The notes below the pieces were generated by a model that worked only from the letters and a program-made list of their open reading frames with translations, searched no databases and was not told the origin of the DNA. A stretch of DNA of 64,000 nucleotides from Octopus vulgaris (taxonomy: Eukaryota). Position 1 is the stretch's first letter. Each line of letters begins with the position of its first letter. The stretch lies in NCBI GenBank assembly GCA_951406725.2, contig OX597815.1, positions 201,500,001 to 201,564,000 on the forward strand, written 5' to 3'. Position numbers and translations under genes: made by a program. Below, in pieces: positions 29,300-40,800 of this stretch.

Positions 29300-29556
29300 A
29301 TTAAATTCAACTAACGTTGAAAGTCAACAAAGTTTGATGAAGAAGTGTTGAAATGTATTGAAGGATACAGATAAGGAAATAGTATTATTCTCAAACGCAG
29401 AATAATGCTAATAATATAGCATGAACAGGATAAACTATCTATATTTTGCAGAAAAAGCAGTCGGCGGACTGTCATGAAATTCGAACTCACTTCCCTGTGA
29501 TTACGCGTCAAGTGCTTTACCATGAAGCGAAACTACTCGAACGACAAATTCGTCTC

Positions 29557-29627
<71 letters not shown>

Positions 29628-29995
29628 CTTTACAAGACTCCGTCGTACGTTAAATTCAACTTACGTTGAAAGTCAACAAAGTTTGCTTTTGAAGCGTTGA
29701 GATGTATTGGAATCTGAACGTAAGGAAATATTTTAATTCTTAACCGCAGGATAATGATAATAATATAGCTTGAACAGGGTAAACTATCCATACGTTACAA
29801 AAAAATCTCTCGGCAGCCAATGTGCTAAAGTGGTAAATCACTTGACGCGTTATTACAGGGATGGGAGTTCGAGTCATATGGCTGGCCGCCGAGAGATTTT
29901 TCTGCAAAATATGGATAGTTTAATCAGTTCATGCTCTAGTATTAGCATTATCCTGCTTTTAAGAATAAAATTATTTCCTTACCTGTATATAACAT
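29300..29995. mobile_element. tRNA(Thr-CGT-like)-headed SINE family D: three copies, two forming an inverted pair
   Basis: Minus copy with head at 29300-29530; headless minus body at about 29645-29819; plus copy with head (GCTAAAGTGGTAAATCACTTGACGCGTTATTACAGG..GAGTTCGAGTC) at 29822-29990. Confidence 0.75.
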
Positions 29996-30108
29996 TAATA
30001 ATAATAATAATAATAATATGAAGAAGAACAATAATGATGATAATAATAATAATAACAACAACAACAACAACAACAATAATAATAATAAAAATGATAATAA
30101 TAAAAATG

Positions 30109-30181
<73 letters not shown>

Positions 30182-30187
30182 GAAGAA

Positions 30188-30218
<31 letters not shown>

Positions 30219-30221
30219 AAG

Positions 30222-30258
<37 letters not shown>

Positions 30259-30259
30259 G

Positions 30260-31335
30260 CAGGAAAAGGAAAATTTAAGTGAATTCCAAATACAACAAAT
30301 TCTAGAATTAGACTTATTAAAAACAAGCACAGCAAAAGCTAAGCGTATGAAAACCCATGCTAAAACTGTTGCGTTAGATATTCTTATTGGTGAATGTGAA
30401 GAGAAACCTCTCAATGACAAATACTCAAAGAGAGCTAATACTGACGATGTTGACAAAGCTCTTACCCATCAATGACTGAAAATCAGAAACAGAAGAGTTT
30501 ATCATAGCAGCATAAAATCAATGCCTACCTATGAGAAACTACCAAGGCAACATACTAAAGAACGATAGCCTTCCAACATGTCGTGTATGCAACAACAAAA
30601 TGAAACCATTGATCATGTTGTATCCATGTGCAGTCTTCTTGCGGCGCCTACAGATTACCTCAACAGGCATGATAGAGCTGCACAATATATTCACTGGGTA
30701 ATTTACAAAAACCTGGACATACCATATGATAAAAAACTGGTGGGGACCCAAGCCACCTCCGGTGCTTGAAAATGATCACGTCTCACTTCCCTGGAACTGC
30801 ACCATTTAAACTGACAGAACCAGGGATGCGAATAAGCAAGACATAATTATATGGAAAGACTTCAGACAAAGATCTTTTCGCCTCATTGATACGACTGTCC
30901 CAATCGACAGAAACGTATCTGTCAAATTCTACCAAATACTGAGCAAGTATAAAGATCTTGAAATAAAACTTAGCAAGATGTGGAACCTCAAGACTAGAAC
31001 AAAACTTGTCATAGGTGCCCTAGGAATGATAGCAAAAGGGAGATGAATGCTACCTATCACAGATACCAGGAAACCCCAAAATGGCAGAAATTCAAAATAT
31101 ATTGCTCATGGGAACTGCCCATATCCAACGTAAAATACTGTGTATGTAATCTCAAATTTTCAAACAAACTCGTAATTTTCTTAGGTTTTCTTAAACATTC
31201 TCTAGAACATTACTATGTACAAACCAAATATAGGACACCCTAAACATAACACAATCAAGAACTTTTCTCTCGAGTTCTCTGGGTGATACTTGGAGCCAAC
31301 TTGTACAAAAACAAAGCAAAAGTCATAGACAAATA
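30260..31335 (+). mobile_element. R4/Dong LINE 3' fragment
   Basis: LKSETEEFIIAA*NQCLP.RNYQ; CRVC..ETIDHVVSMCSLLAAPTDYLNRHDRAAQYIHW; KYKDLEIKLSKMWNLK; VIGALGMI; 3' UTR ends at (AAT)n. Confidence 0.9.
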
Positions 31336-31349
31336 ATAATAATAATAAC

Positions 31350-32115
31350 CAAAATATTTACCAAAAACTACCAGGCTAACCTTGTTCAACACCGTTCTGA
31401 CCTTAAATGCAGATTCTGCAACACATCTGATGAAACAATAGACCATCTCACCTCGGTATGTCCTGTGCTGACACCAAACGAATGAAATAATCGCCATGAT
31501 GGGTTAGGACAGTCTTTACATTGGAAAATATGTAAACACTACAAAATCAACACTCCTGCTTACTTGTATGAACATCATCCTGTACCAGTCGTTCAAGTTA
31601 AAAATATCAATATCCTCTGGCATTTTCCAATCAACACCGACATGCTAATCTACCAGACATAGTCATTAAAGACAGAGAAGAAATTACTTGTAACCTAATA
31701 CATGTAAGTGTTCCCACTGATAAAAGTACATATGTAAAGGGAGTTGCCAAATTGAATAACGAAAACTACCTGGAAATTTAAATTCAAAAGATGTGGCAGG
31801 CATCTTGAATCGAGAAGTTCTAGCTTTGCAGGTGCCCTTGGTTTGAAAAAACAAGGGATATCACAATCATCTAGATAACAAACCAGGAGAACTATGTCTC
31901 AGAGAAATCCAAAAGATTCTGCTGACAAATACTACCCACATCCATAGAAAATCCACATCCAATTTAAATGTCTGTGTTGTATCACATGACGGTATCTCAC
32001 CACTAATCCTACCACTTCCTCTCCTACATACTGTAACATCACTTAATCTTCACTCGCCCTAGGACACCGTATCTGTCTCGGTAAGAGATTCTAAATACAT
32101 GTAGATGGAGATGAA
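31350..32115 (+). mobile_element. R4/Dong LINE 3' fragment, second subfamily
   Basis: CRFCNTSDETIDHL; RHDGLGQSLHWKICKHY; PDIVIKDRE; AGALGL..EIQKILLTNTTHIHRK; lies between AAT tracts. Confidence 0.88.
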
Positions 32116-32153
32116 ATAATGATAATAACAATAATAATAATAATAATAATAAC

Positions 32154-32212
<59 letters not shown>

Positions 32213-32306
32213 CAATAAAAATAATGATAATAATAATAATAATGATAATAATAATAATGATAATAACAATAATAATAATAATAATAATATCAACAACAAC
32301 AACAGC

Positions 32307-32347
<41 letters not shown>

Positions 32348-32361
32348 TAATAATAAAAGAT

Positions 32362-32398
<37 letters not shown>

Positions 32399-32440
32399 CA
32401 ATAATAACAACAACATCAACAACAACAAAAACAATAATAA
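32116..32440. repeat. (AAT)n/(GAT)n/(AAC)n microsatellite
   Basis: Direct observation. Confidence 0.97.
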
Positions 32441-32894
32441 TGTTTTAAAATTCACGTAACTCCTCACAAATTTACAAAGGCAATATGAAGAGTGCAGTGC
32501 GATTGCAATAGAAGTTTTATTTGTTGAACGATACTTCGGCAGCTAACCTGTTTTTGTCGAGTTTAAAATGAAAACTGATACATAGGAATTCGAAATTATA
32601 GAAATTCAACTACAAAATTTGAACGAGGCAAACACCGTTCCGAGGTTGATGGAATGACATCTTCAGCCTTCAATTTTCAACTTTACAACTGGCAAAAAGA
32701 AAAAGAAACAAAGAGGACAAAAAGGATACGAAAAATAATATATAATCAAACAGTTTTCTGTAAATATGACTCTGCGACTATATCAGCTAATAATTTCCAC
32801 AGAAGCTGCAAACAGTATATCGGCCTGTAATTGTCAATCGTATTGCCTGTTGCGATGTTTTTTACGCATAGCATTGTCAACTACTTTGGTGTTA

Positions 32895-33135
32895 CTTAGT
32901 AGGCATTTGACAAGGTGTTGAGTTGTGCAGCTATTCGTGCATGGCATTGACCAAGTCTTTTGAACCAGTAGCCTTGAGCTCGAACTTTTCCCAAGGCCTT
33001 CCAGCTGCCCGTTCTTTTGCTGATTTCTTTCACTTCCCTAACTAAAATCACTAGTTCTGGCTGTTGTGAACAAACTACTGGTTGTTTCAGTTCTTGCAAC
33101 CATTCAGCATCATTCTTGTGCGACTTGTCTTTGCA
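32895..33135 (-). mobile_element. R4/Dong LINE RT N-terminal fragment
   Basis: HKNDAEWLQELKQ..EVKEISKRTGSWKALGKVRAQGYWFKRLGQCHARIAAQLN matches the WKAPGPD..QGYW.K region. Confidence 0.75.
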
Positions 33136-33164
33136 TTATATATGTATATATATATATATATACC

Positions 33165-33830
33165 CAGACAAATGCACACGCACAGCTCGAGCCTCCCCCA
33201 ATGCTGCCGCACTTGTCGGTACCTCTCTAAAGCCACTATCCTCACAGGCACCCGACACCATCCCTATCTTAACTCTGACTCATACCTTCATTTCCAGCAA
33301 CGTCATTTGCTGCATCTCCTGCTCTTTCTGCCCTTCTCTGTACATCGGTCAAAAGGGAAGCCGCTTGGCTGACCGGTTTGCGGAGCCCCTCCGAGACATT
33401 TGACTCGGCAATACCACCCCGGTCTCGCGCCATTTCCGCTCTACCGGTCATTCATTACAACACCTCTATGTTTTCAGATGGTCTTTGCGCAGGGGCCACT
33501 CGGACTCACGCCATCGCCATGAACAGGAATTACTTCTTCTCTCTTCGGTCTTTTGCGCACAGGGGTCCAAGTCCCTCCTCTCTTTATTTGACACCTACTT
33601 CCTCTCTTCACCCCTACCCACCTCTCCTCTTCTCTCTAGTTCTCTGGTACCTGCTTCCTCTCTTCCCTATTACACACACACAAACACCCCCACTCCCAAC
33701 TCACATTCCACTCCCATATATGCCACCCCTTTCCAACACCTTTCTCACTTTTCCGAAGGACAAACTAATACAATTACTTGGTGTACATACACTTGTCTTC
33801 GTCTTGTCTCAAAATTTCAACTTTGTATAA
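33165..33830 (+). mobile_element. Penelope-like element 3' end: GIY-YIG endonuclease plus pLTR remnant
   Basis: CRTCRYL..SSNVICCISCSFCPSLYIGQKGSRLADRFAEPLRDI..PVSRHF..HEQEL. Confidence 0.9.
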
Positions 33831-33927
33831 TGCGTCTATTTACTTGCATTCTGAGACATGCGTGCATTAATATAAATGGCTCTGTATGCGTGTGACTATT
33901 TGTATGTAAATATATATATATATATAG

Positions 33928-34072
33928 GGAGAGTTTACCAAAAAAAAAAGACGAAGACAGGTGTTGTACAAAACAAACAGATGTATTAGTATAACGCTCA
34001 GGAATAGAAAAAAGTATTTTACTTTTCGAGCTTACGCTCTTCTACAGAAAGGGACACAGAAAAAACAAGGAT
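33928..34072 (-). mobile_element. PLE pseudo-LTR containing a minimal HHR-like motif, inverted relative to the upstream PLE
   Basis: Minus strand TTT-CTGTAGA-A-GAGC-GTAA-GCTC-GAAAA-GTA-AAA (34017-34050); homologous to 42000-42160 and to the PLE tail at 33765-33810. Confidence 0.7.
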
Positions 34073-34790
34073 ATATATATATATGTCCACGCACGTGTGT
34101 GAACATCGTACAGAATGTAGCATAAACTGGATCAACACGAACATTTTAGCCTGCACATTCAATGCTATAGAAACACAATGCTGTAAATAAAAATAGCAAA
34201 ACCAAAATAAGAGAAGAAAATCAGAACACACACATTGTTGTACATGATTGGATTGTGAAAAACAGCACACTAATACGAAGCCATTGATAATAGTAATTTT
34301 AATCATTTTCATAATAACAGCATTAATAACAGAAGCAAACGTAAATGTAATTAGCTTCCTCATACTCCTCAACATTGGCATAATTACTGATATTAGCAGT
34401 AAGATTAATATATTTACTACATGTGTTATTTCTAATTGCTTAATAATAGACTGACTATCGAAGTCCGCGAAGGTTAGCAAAATTTAAATTAACACAATGT
34501 CCATAGATTCATTATTGGTGAAACTAATGAAAATAGCAGCAAGAACAGCAATAACAACAACTAAAATAATTGGGAGCAATGCAGTGAAATAGCCAAAACT
34601 ACTTTGTAAGTGGCCATCCTGCTGGCTTCATATTGAGCATTTAACTCAGGGAACATGCCACTACCTACAGCAAGATGCTCAGTTTTTGAGTAGATATCAA
34701 TTATGTTGTACTATTCAAGAAAAGATTAATAACTCGATATAGTTCAGTTCTATATTTAATAGATGAAGAATAATTTACATTAATTACATA

Positions 34791-35216
34791 GGCGCAGGAG
34801 TGGCTGTGTGGTAAGTAGCTTGCTAACCAACCACATGGTTCTGGGTTCAGTCCCACTGCGTGGCATCTTGGGACAAGTGTCTTCTGCTATAGCCCCGGGC
34901 CGACCAATGCCTTGTGAGTGGATTTGGTAGACGGATACTGAAAGAAGGCTGTCGTATATATGCATATATATGTATATATATATGTGTATGTGTGTGTGTT
35001 TTTGTGCGTGTGTTTGACCCCTAGCATTGCTTGACAACCGATACTGGTCTGTTTACGTCCCCGTCACTTAGCGGTTCGGCAAAAGAGACCGATAGAATAA
35101 GTACTGGGCTTACAAAGAATAAGTCCCGGGGTCGAGTTGCTCGACTAAAGGCGGTGCTCCAGCATGGCCGCAGTCAAATGAGTGAAACAAGTAAAAGAGT
35201 AAAAGAGTAAAAGAGT
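34791..35216 (+). mobile_element. tRNA-derived SINE family A with 53-bp flanking direct repeat
   Basis: Full length, (AAAAGAGT)n tail; direct repeats at 34737-34789 and 35218-35270. Confidence 0.95.
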
Positions 35217-35461
35217 AATATAGTTCAGTTCTATATTTAATAGATGAGGAATAATTTGCATTATTTACATTATTAACATTCGACGGGCTACTAACCCCAA
35301 GATTCCGAGTTCGATTCCGAGCAGTGACCTGAACACTAATAATAATAATAATAATGATAACACTAATACTAATAATGATAATAATAATAATAATTATTAT
35401 AATAATAATAATATTAATAATGACGATGATGGTAATAACAATAATAATATTAATAATAATA

Positions 35462-35524
<63 letters not shown>

Positions 35525-35526
<2 letters not shown>

Positions 35527-35726
35527 CTCTATGTAATCCCAAGGTTTAAAACAAACTTATTTTTTAAAAATTTATGTTTAGACATTCACTAGTACAACAC
35601 CCAAAAAAATATATATATGGCACACTAGGCATAACAACAACGTGCACTTCCAACCTGTTGTAACTTGAGGTCTCTGGGTGAGACTTGGAGCCAACTTGTA
35701 CAGACATAAAGCAAAAGTCAAACATA

Positions 35727-35728
<2 letters not shown>
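35525..35728 (+). mobile_element. 5'-truncated R4/Dong 3' UTR inserted in (AAT)n
   Basis: Matches 31140-31335 (TCTCTGGGTGA.ACTTGGAGCCAACTTGTACA..AAAGCAAAAGTCA). Confidence 0.85.
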
Positions 35729-35797
<69 letters not shown>

Positions 35798-36204
35798 TTA
35801 AGATGGAAAAGTACCTTAGAAATGAGAAACCAGGTTCCAAATTTCCCCAAGAAACCTCAAGAAAGCCGGAAGGTATATCAGCTGAAATGTTGTGTTAACA
35901 ACAAACAAGATGAGGAAGAAATATCCGTCGAATGTAAATAATGTAAATGATGTGCTCAATTTAGTTAATCATTAATGTTAGATGAAGCGTAAGGACGCAG
36001 AAATACTGGCGCTTTATGTTCCGATCATGTTATTCACGGCACGATGATGTTTTCACACCTCCTCATTGAAGAGAACTTTCCTTCGAATATTGTCTAGAGA
36101 GAAATGTGTTTCCACTCCCGACCGTATTAAAGGGTTATACACACGTTTGCATTCATACAGACACACGCACATAGATATAGGAATAGTTGTATGTACGGCA
36201 GTTG

Positions 36205-36246
<42 letters not shown>

Positions 36247-36592
36247 ACACGCACACACACGCACACACACACATACACACACACACACACACGCACACAC
36301 ACACACACACACATAGACACACACACTTAAAAGAGTAGAATATTATTTTTACATTTCCAACTAATTTTTATTAATTTGAATGAACGCTTAACCATTTTTC
36401 AACCATATATATATATATATATATACAAAATTAAGAGGAATGACCACCAAAGTGGACTCCTAATATGCTAGATATAGACGTCAAATCGCTAAACCACGAA
36501 GAGTGTGTACTCAAGAAAAATATTTTACCACAACGCCAGAATGTACAAATGAGAAAGACAAATGAAAATATACGAAAAAGAAAAACGATTAC

Positions 36593-36658
36593 CTACGTAC
36601 CAATGGTTTCGTTTGTTAATATTTACGCATGTAAATATCTGCAGGGTCATCAGTGTAG
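36593..36658 (-). ncRNA. Type I hammerhead ribozyme, probably inactivated
   Basis: Minus strand CTACA-CTGATGA-CCCTG..CAAAC-GAAA-CCATTGG-TA-CGTAG; the base of stem II is mispaired. Confidence 0.65.
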
Positions 36659-36789
36659 TCTGCCGTTTACAAAACATGAAGACATTTGAAAAATACACCA
36701 AATATAATTTGTAAAACTTTATACATGCTCTTTTTCGGGTGAGTGCTCTGTGTCTAGTTCTGGAAGTTATGTTTTGTGAACGACAGACC

Positions 36790-36851
36790 ACGCTGATGAG
36801 CCTGCAGATATTTACATGCCTAAATGTTAACAAGCGAAACCATTGGTACGT
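36790..36851 (+). ncRNA. Type I hammerhead ribozyme
   Basis: ACG-CTGATGA-GCCTG..ATATTTA/TAAATGT..CAAGC-GAAA-CCATTGG-TA-CGT; GUA cleavage after 36848. Confidence 0.78.
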
Positions 36852-37196
36852 ACGTAATTGTTTTATATTTCGTATATTTTCATTTGTCTTGTTCATATTA
36901 ACATTGTGGCGTTTTGCTAAATTTTTTTTTCTTGAGAACACACTATACGTGGTTAGGCGATTTCACGTCTATGTCTAGCATATTAGGAGTCCACTTTGTT
37001 GGTCATTCCTCATAATTTTATATGTAATATAATTTCTAATCTTCGGATTTAAAAAAAAAAAAAGCTAAGCGACTGGTTTTACTTGATTAATATCAATTTC
37101 TACCCTCAAAATTGAATGTATATTATATATATATACATACATACATATATATATATTATATATATATACATACATACATATATATATATATATGTA

Positions 37197-37868
37197 CAGG
37201 TTTCGGTGAATGAAGAATCGTCTTAATTGCGCAAAAATGTAAATAATACTTACATCTCATTTTAAAATACCAACATTTTATTAAAATGTCTTGTAAAACT
37301 AAAGAGTACATTTATTCAATAAATTCGGCATTGGCTTGAACCACGGCCTCAAGACGACTTCAGAATCTTCTATAACACATCGTGACGGTCTCTTTGCTTA
37401 AGTTGATGAATGCTACCATAATCATTGCATTCACCTCTTCTTTGGTGCTACAAGGAGTTTTGTTAGTCGCTCGCTCATCTGTGCTCCACATATAAAAATC
37501 AGAGGAGTTTCAATCTTGGGAGTTAGGTGGCCAGATATTTGGGTGTAGCGGTCACAAAAATTGTCTGACAGCTATAACAGGGTCCTGTTGGCAAAGGGTC
37601 TTCCCACAACCGCCCTCTCGACCCAAGACAGCACTACCTCTCACAGTCACTTGACGTATGCATGTGTGTTGAGTGTGAGGCTGTGATCACCCTAAGGACC
37701 ATGATGTTCATCGGATTTTTCATTTTTATCACTCTCGGTACATGTTCGTAGTGGTACAAGCTCGTATTGGAGCGAATGCCAAGAAGTATAGCATTTGTTT
37801 CAACAAATTTCTAAAAGGGATGTGGTTTTTATTACCAATTTTTATGACCTTACTTTCCATCCACACTG
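37197..37868 (-). mobile_element. Tc1/mariner (maT/DD37D-like) deleted element
   Basis: PNIWPPNSQD*NSSDFYMW..RRF*SRLEAVVQANAEFIE*; TA|CAG..CTG|TA ends. Confidence 0.8.
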
Positions 37869-40800
37869 TATATATATCATGCTTATGATATACATACTTA
37901 TGTTATAGGCCGGTCTTTGTACCACTAAATTTAGTTTAAGTTAGAAATTAATTAATTATGGAAATATGTTTCATTGACATCAATAGCAACAAATTAATCA
38001 TACTCCGCACGAATTTCTTCGTCGGATGTCGAAGAGAAGCAAGACTGTAAGATGATGGATTTCATTTTATTTTATCTAAGTTTCAACTGTTTTGCAAATA
38101 CACAAACATTTAACATTTGAAACTGCATGATTCTTAATCGCGTTCAATGAGTAAGGCAACAAGTTTTACTCTGTCCTTGAAAAGGGAATTAAATGTTTCT
38201 CATGACAATTGTACATTAGGGAATTACAGTTAGAATTTCCCTTTGCTTATCATCCAGCTATATATAAGATATCACCGGCACCCGACAGCGCCGAAGAGTT
38301 ATAGTGATATTAATGTCGATCAAATGATTCAGAAACGCACAATCACTTCCAGCACTCGTATATTGTCCTATTATCAAGGCTACGGTGAATAGGTGGGTAG
38401 AATAAGGAAAAAAATTATCTAGATATGTTTTGCCAGTACAGATAAAGTCCATTGAAGGCTGAATGACATGCTGTGACAGAGTTATGCTTGGCCCTCACCA
38501 GAACAGGTTATATTCAATGTACTTGGTGATTAATTACCGCACCAAATCACATTACACAAATCGTTGCGGCAAATGGATGATCGTCATCGCCAAGCATTAC
38601 TAAACCGACCATCCAATTGTGCTTATGTACGGGGTTGAAATATATGCAGTGAAACACTCACCATAAACAATGATTATGTCTTATTTGTTTTGAGTAACAT
38701 TCAGAAAGATATAATGCATATACTGTACCGTTCTAAAGACTCCTTAAATTTCTTTGGAAATAATTCCATTTCCATTTTGAAACTGCCCATTTCATTTCTG
38801 CAACTAGTGTTTCCCTTCAAACATCATAGTTTACCGCAATATATAATTTTGTGTTCTTTTAAAACATGGTTTAAATGATTATGCAAAGAAATTTTTCTGG
38901 AGGAAATTAATCAGTTAATCTATAAAATGTCATTATGTCAACTAAACTTCCATCTACTATATGCTACCATAATGTAGCTTAAAAGACTTATAAAGAAATA
39001 AATATGTGAAAGCACATCACACGATGAAGGTTCAATAGTGCGAATGAAAGAGGTTTGTTGAAACAGTACGTAGTGAAATGTTTTATAAAGTCAAAGATAA
39101 TAGTATTTAACGTACTAAAATAATTTCAGAGAATGCGCGACCTAGTATTGAATCCACTATATTATTTGCATTTATTTAGCTGATGCCGGAAGGAGCAACA
39201 GGTAAGTCGCTTTAGGTGGAATTCGAAATTAGGAATTAATGATATTAATGATATTAAAGATATTAATTCATTACGACTACGTATTTTCTTTGTCGCGCTA
39301 CATTCTTGGTTAAATCCCCACCCTCTAAAACACATATATCAAACCGGCATCAATTTAAAAATTATTTCCTTGATAGTCACAATTAATGTAATCAGAAGGA
39401 AAGAAAACGTGATTTATGGGAATCAGGAAAAGTAAATGATATAAATTGCATTCATTTTATTATTTTTTTTTTAGCTTCCGGCAATGAAACTATGAGAAGT
39501 GACTTTTTTATCTACGTCACTTGAACAATGCAAAATAGTATGTACATAATTCAAATTACTGGTTTACTCATTCACAACGCAGAGAGGAAAAGTGTGATAA
39601 AAATTATTTATTCAAACAATATTGTCACTTAGAATGTATAACCGGAAACATTTTTCCAATAGATTTTCGTATCCCATTTATAAAATTTATGCGGCAAAAA
39701 ATCCGAACCCTCTCTTTTGTTTTCAAAGCAGTTAATCAAGCATAATTGTGTCCGCAGTCATTTCTCTCGACGTTACACGTTGCTTTAGTGACACTACTTT
39801 ATCTAATCTGTTCTTAACTTATTGACAACACTAAAGTTTGCTTAAACAAGATTTCAGATGTTACAACTACGTAGTAGAGCGAATAAGTTCAGGCAAGTTT
39901 GGTTGCATCTAGATTTGATAGACTAGGAGCAACCGCAGTAAATTTTATAATTGTGAAGAACATCGTAAAATCACTACCTCCTTAAAAAGTATTAGCCGTC
40001 AGTTTCATTAAATGTTGAAAATGTTCTGGGCTTTTATGTTTCCAAAACATTCTTAATGGCTATATCTGAATGAGAATTTTGATCAAGTCATCTTTAATTG
40101 TACTCAGCAAAATGAACACATACTATACGAGTCTTTTATATATAATATAATATAATACAGTATAATATAATATTTACATTATACTATATAATATTATAAC
40201 ATGTTATACTATATTACCTTATATAATATTATATTATAATATATTATATCTTAAAATATACATTACTAACCTTGATTGAAGTAAATTTTATATCACGCAT
40301 TCAGGTGGTGTGAGAGAAATTAGTGATTTGGCAACGTTTCAAATATGCAACGAAGGTTTCGAAATAGTTAAATATATGCAGTGTTATCTATCACGGACAG
40401 AACAAATTATGTAAGAAATGTTTTAGTTATATATGGTACGCATCAAAAGGCCCATATTACATCTAAGTTACGGGAAAATAGATTTTGTGTCATTCACATT
40501 ATATATAATAACAGTTATACACTATTTTATATATTTTTTTTAAAATCACTGTTTTAGACGGTGTTTAGAACTACACTGCAATCTACGACTACGACGTTCG
40601 TAGAATTTGCAATGTCGGAGTAACTATACGATAGCATTAAATCAAAATTGAACAAAGAATACATAAATAAATATATTATAATATGAACAGTAATGATTCA
40701 CCTATATAGACAAAGGAATTTTTTTAATATCTCTTAAATCAAGTACAATTTTGAAATGATTATGTCACAGAAAAATTACTTGACTTCCAATCAGAGGTGT

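Larger units (their letters stand above)
34737..35955 (+). mobile_element. tRNA-headed, HHR-tailed SINE family C with inverted 5' tail copy; SINE A and Dong nested inside
   Basis: Inverted tail (34737-34790 and 35218-35287), truncated tRNA head (35286-35333, B box GAGTTCGATTCC), (AAT)n, then tail 35800-35955 with a decayed HHR at 35851-35896. Confidence 0.72.
36421..37025. mobile_element. Inverted pair of PLE-type pLTRs (about 260-bp arms), each carrying a hammerhead
   Basis: Arms at about 36421-36680 and 36765-37025 are reverse complements. Confidence 0.85.
22500..38900 (-). pseudogene. Fragmented FN3-rich receptor pseudogene (cytokine-receptor/domeless-like), copy B
   Basis: Collinear minus-strand relics: SPSTLNITCS..KTYLDNFFPYSTHLFTVALIIGQYTSAGS (38540-38345), NLLPYSLNAIKNHA (about 38165-38125), DYVVVFTPMNSI* (about 27220-27180), RITAANKV..LNVTW..NDSYTVNIIYYQ and a hydrophobic stretch (23060-22690). 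Many stops and frameshifts; separated by transposons. Confidence 0.45.

Noticed and set aside
34019-34480. Hydrophobic 153-aa ORF as a membrane protein
   Set aside because: It derives from degenerate AAT/AGC-type low-complexity sequence and runs into a pLTR.
38258-38392. Plus-strand candidate exon LYIRYHRHPTAPKSY..YQGYGE*
   Set aside because: No recognisable homology or partner exons; the opposite strand carries clearer FN3 motifs.
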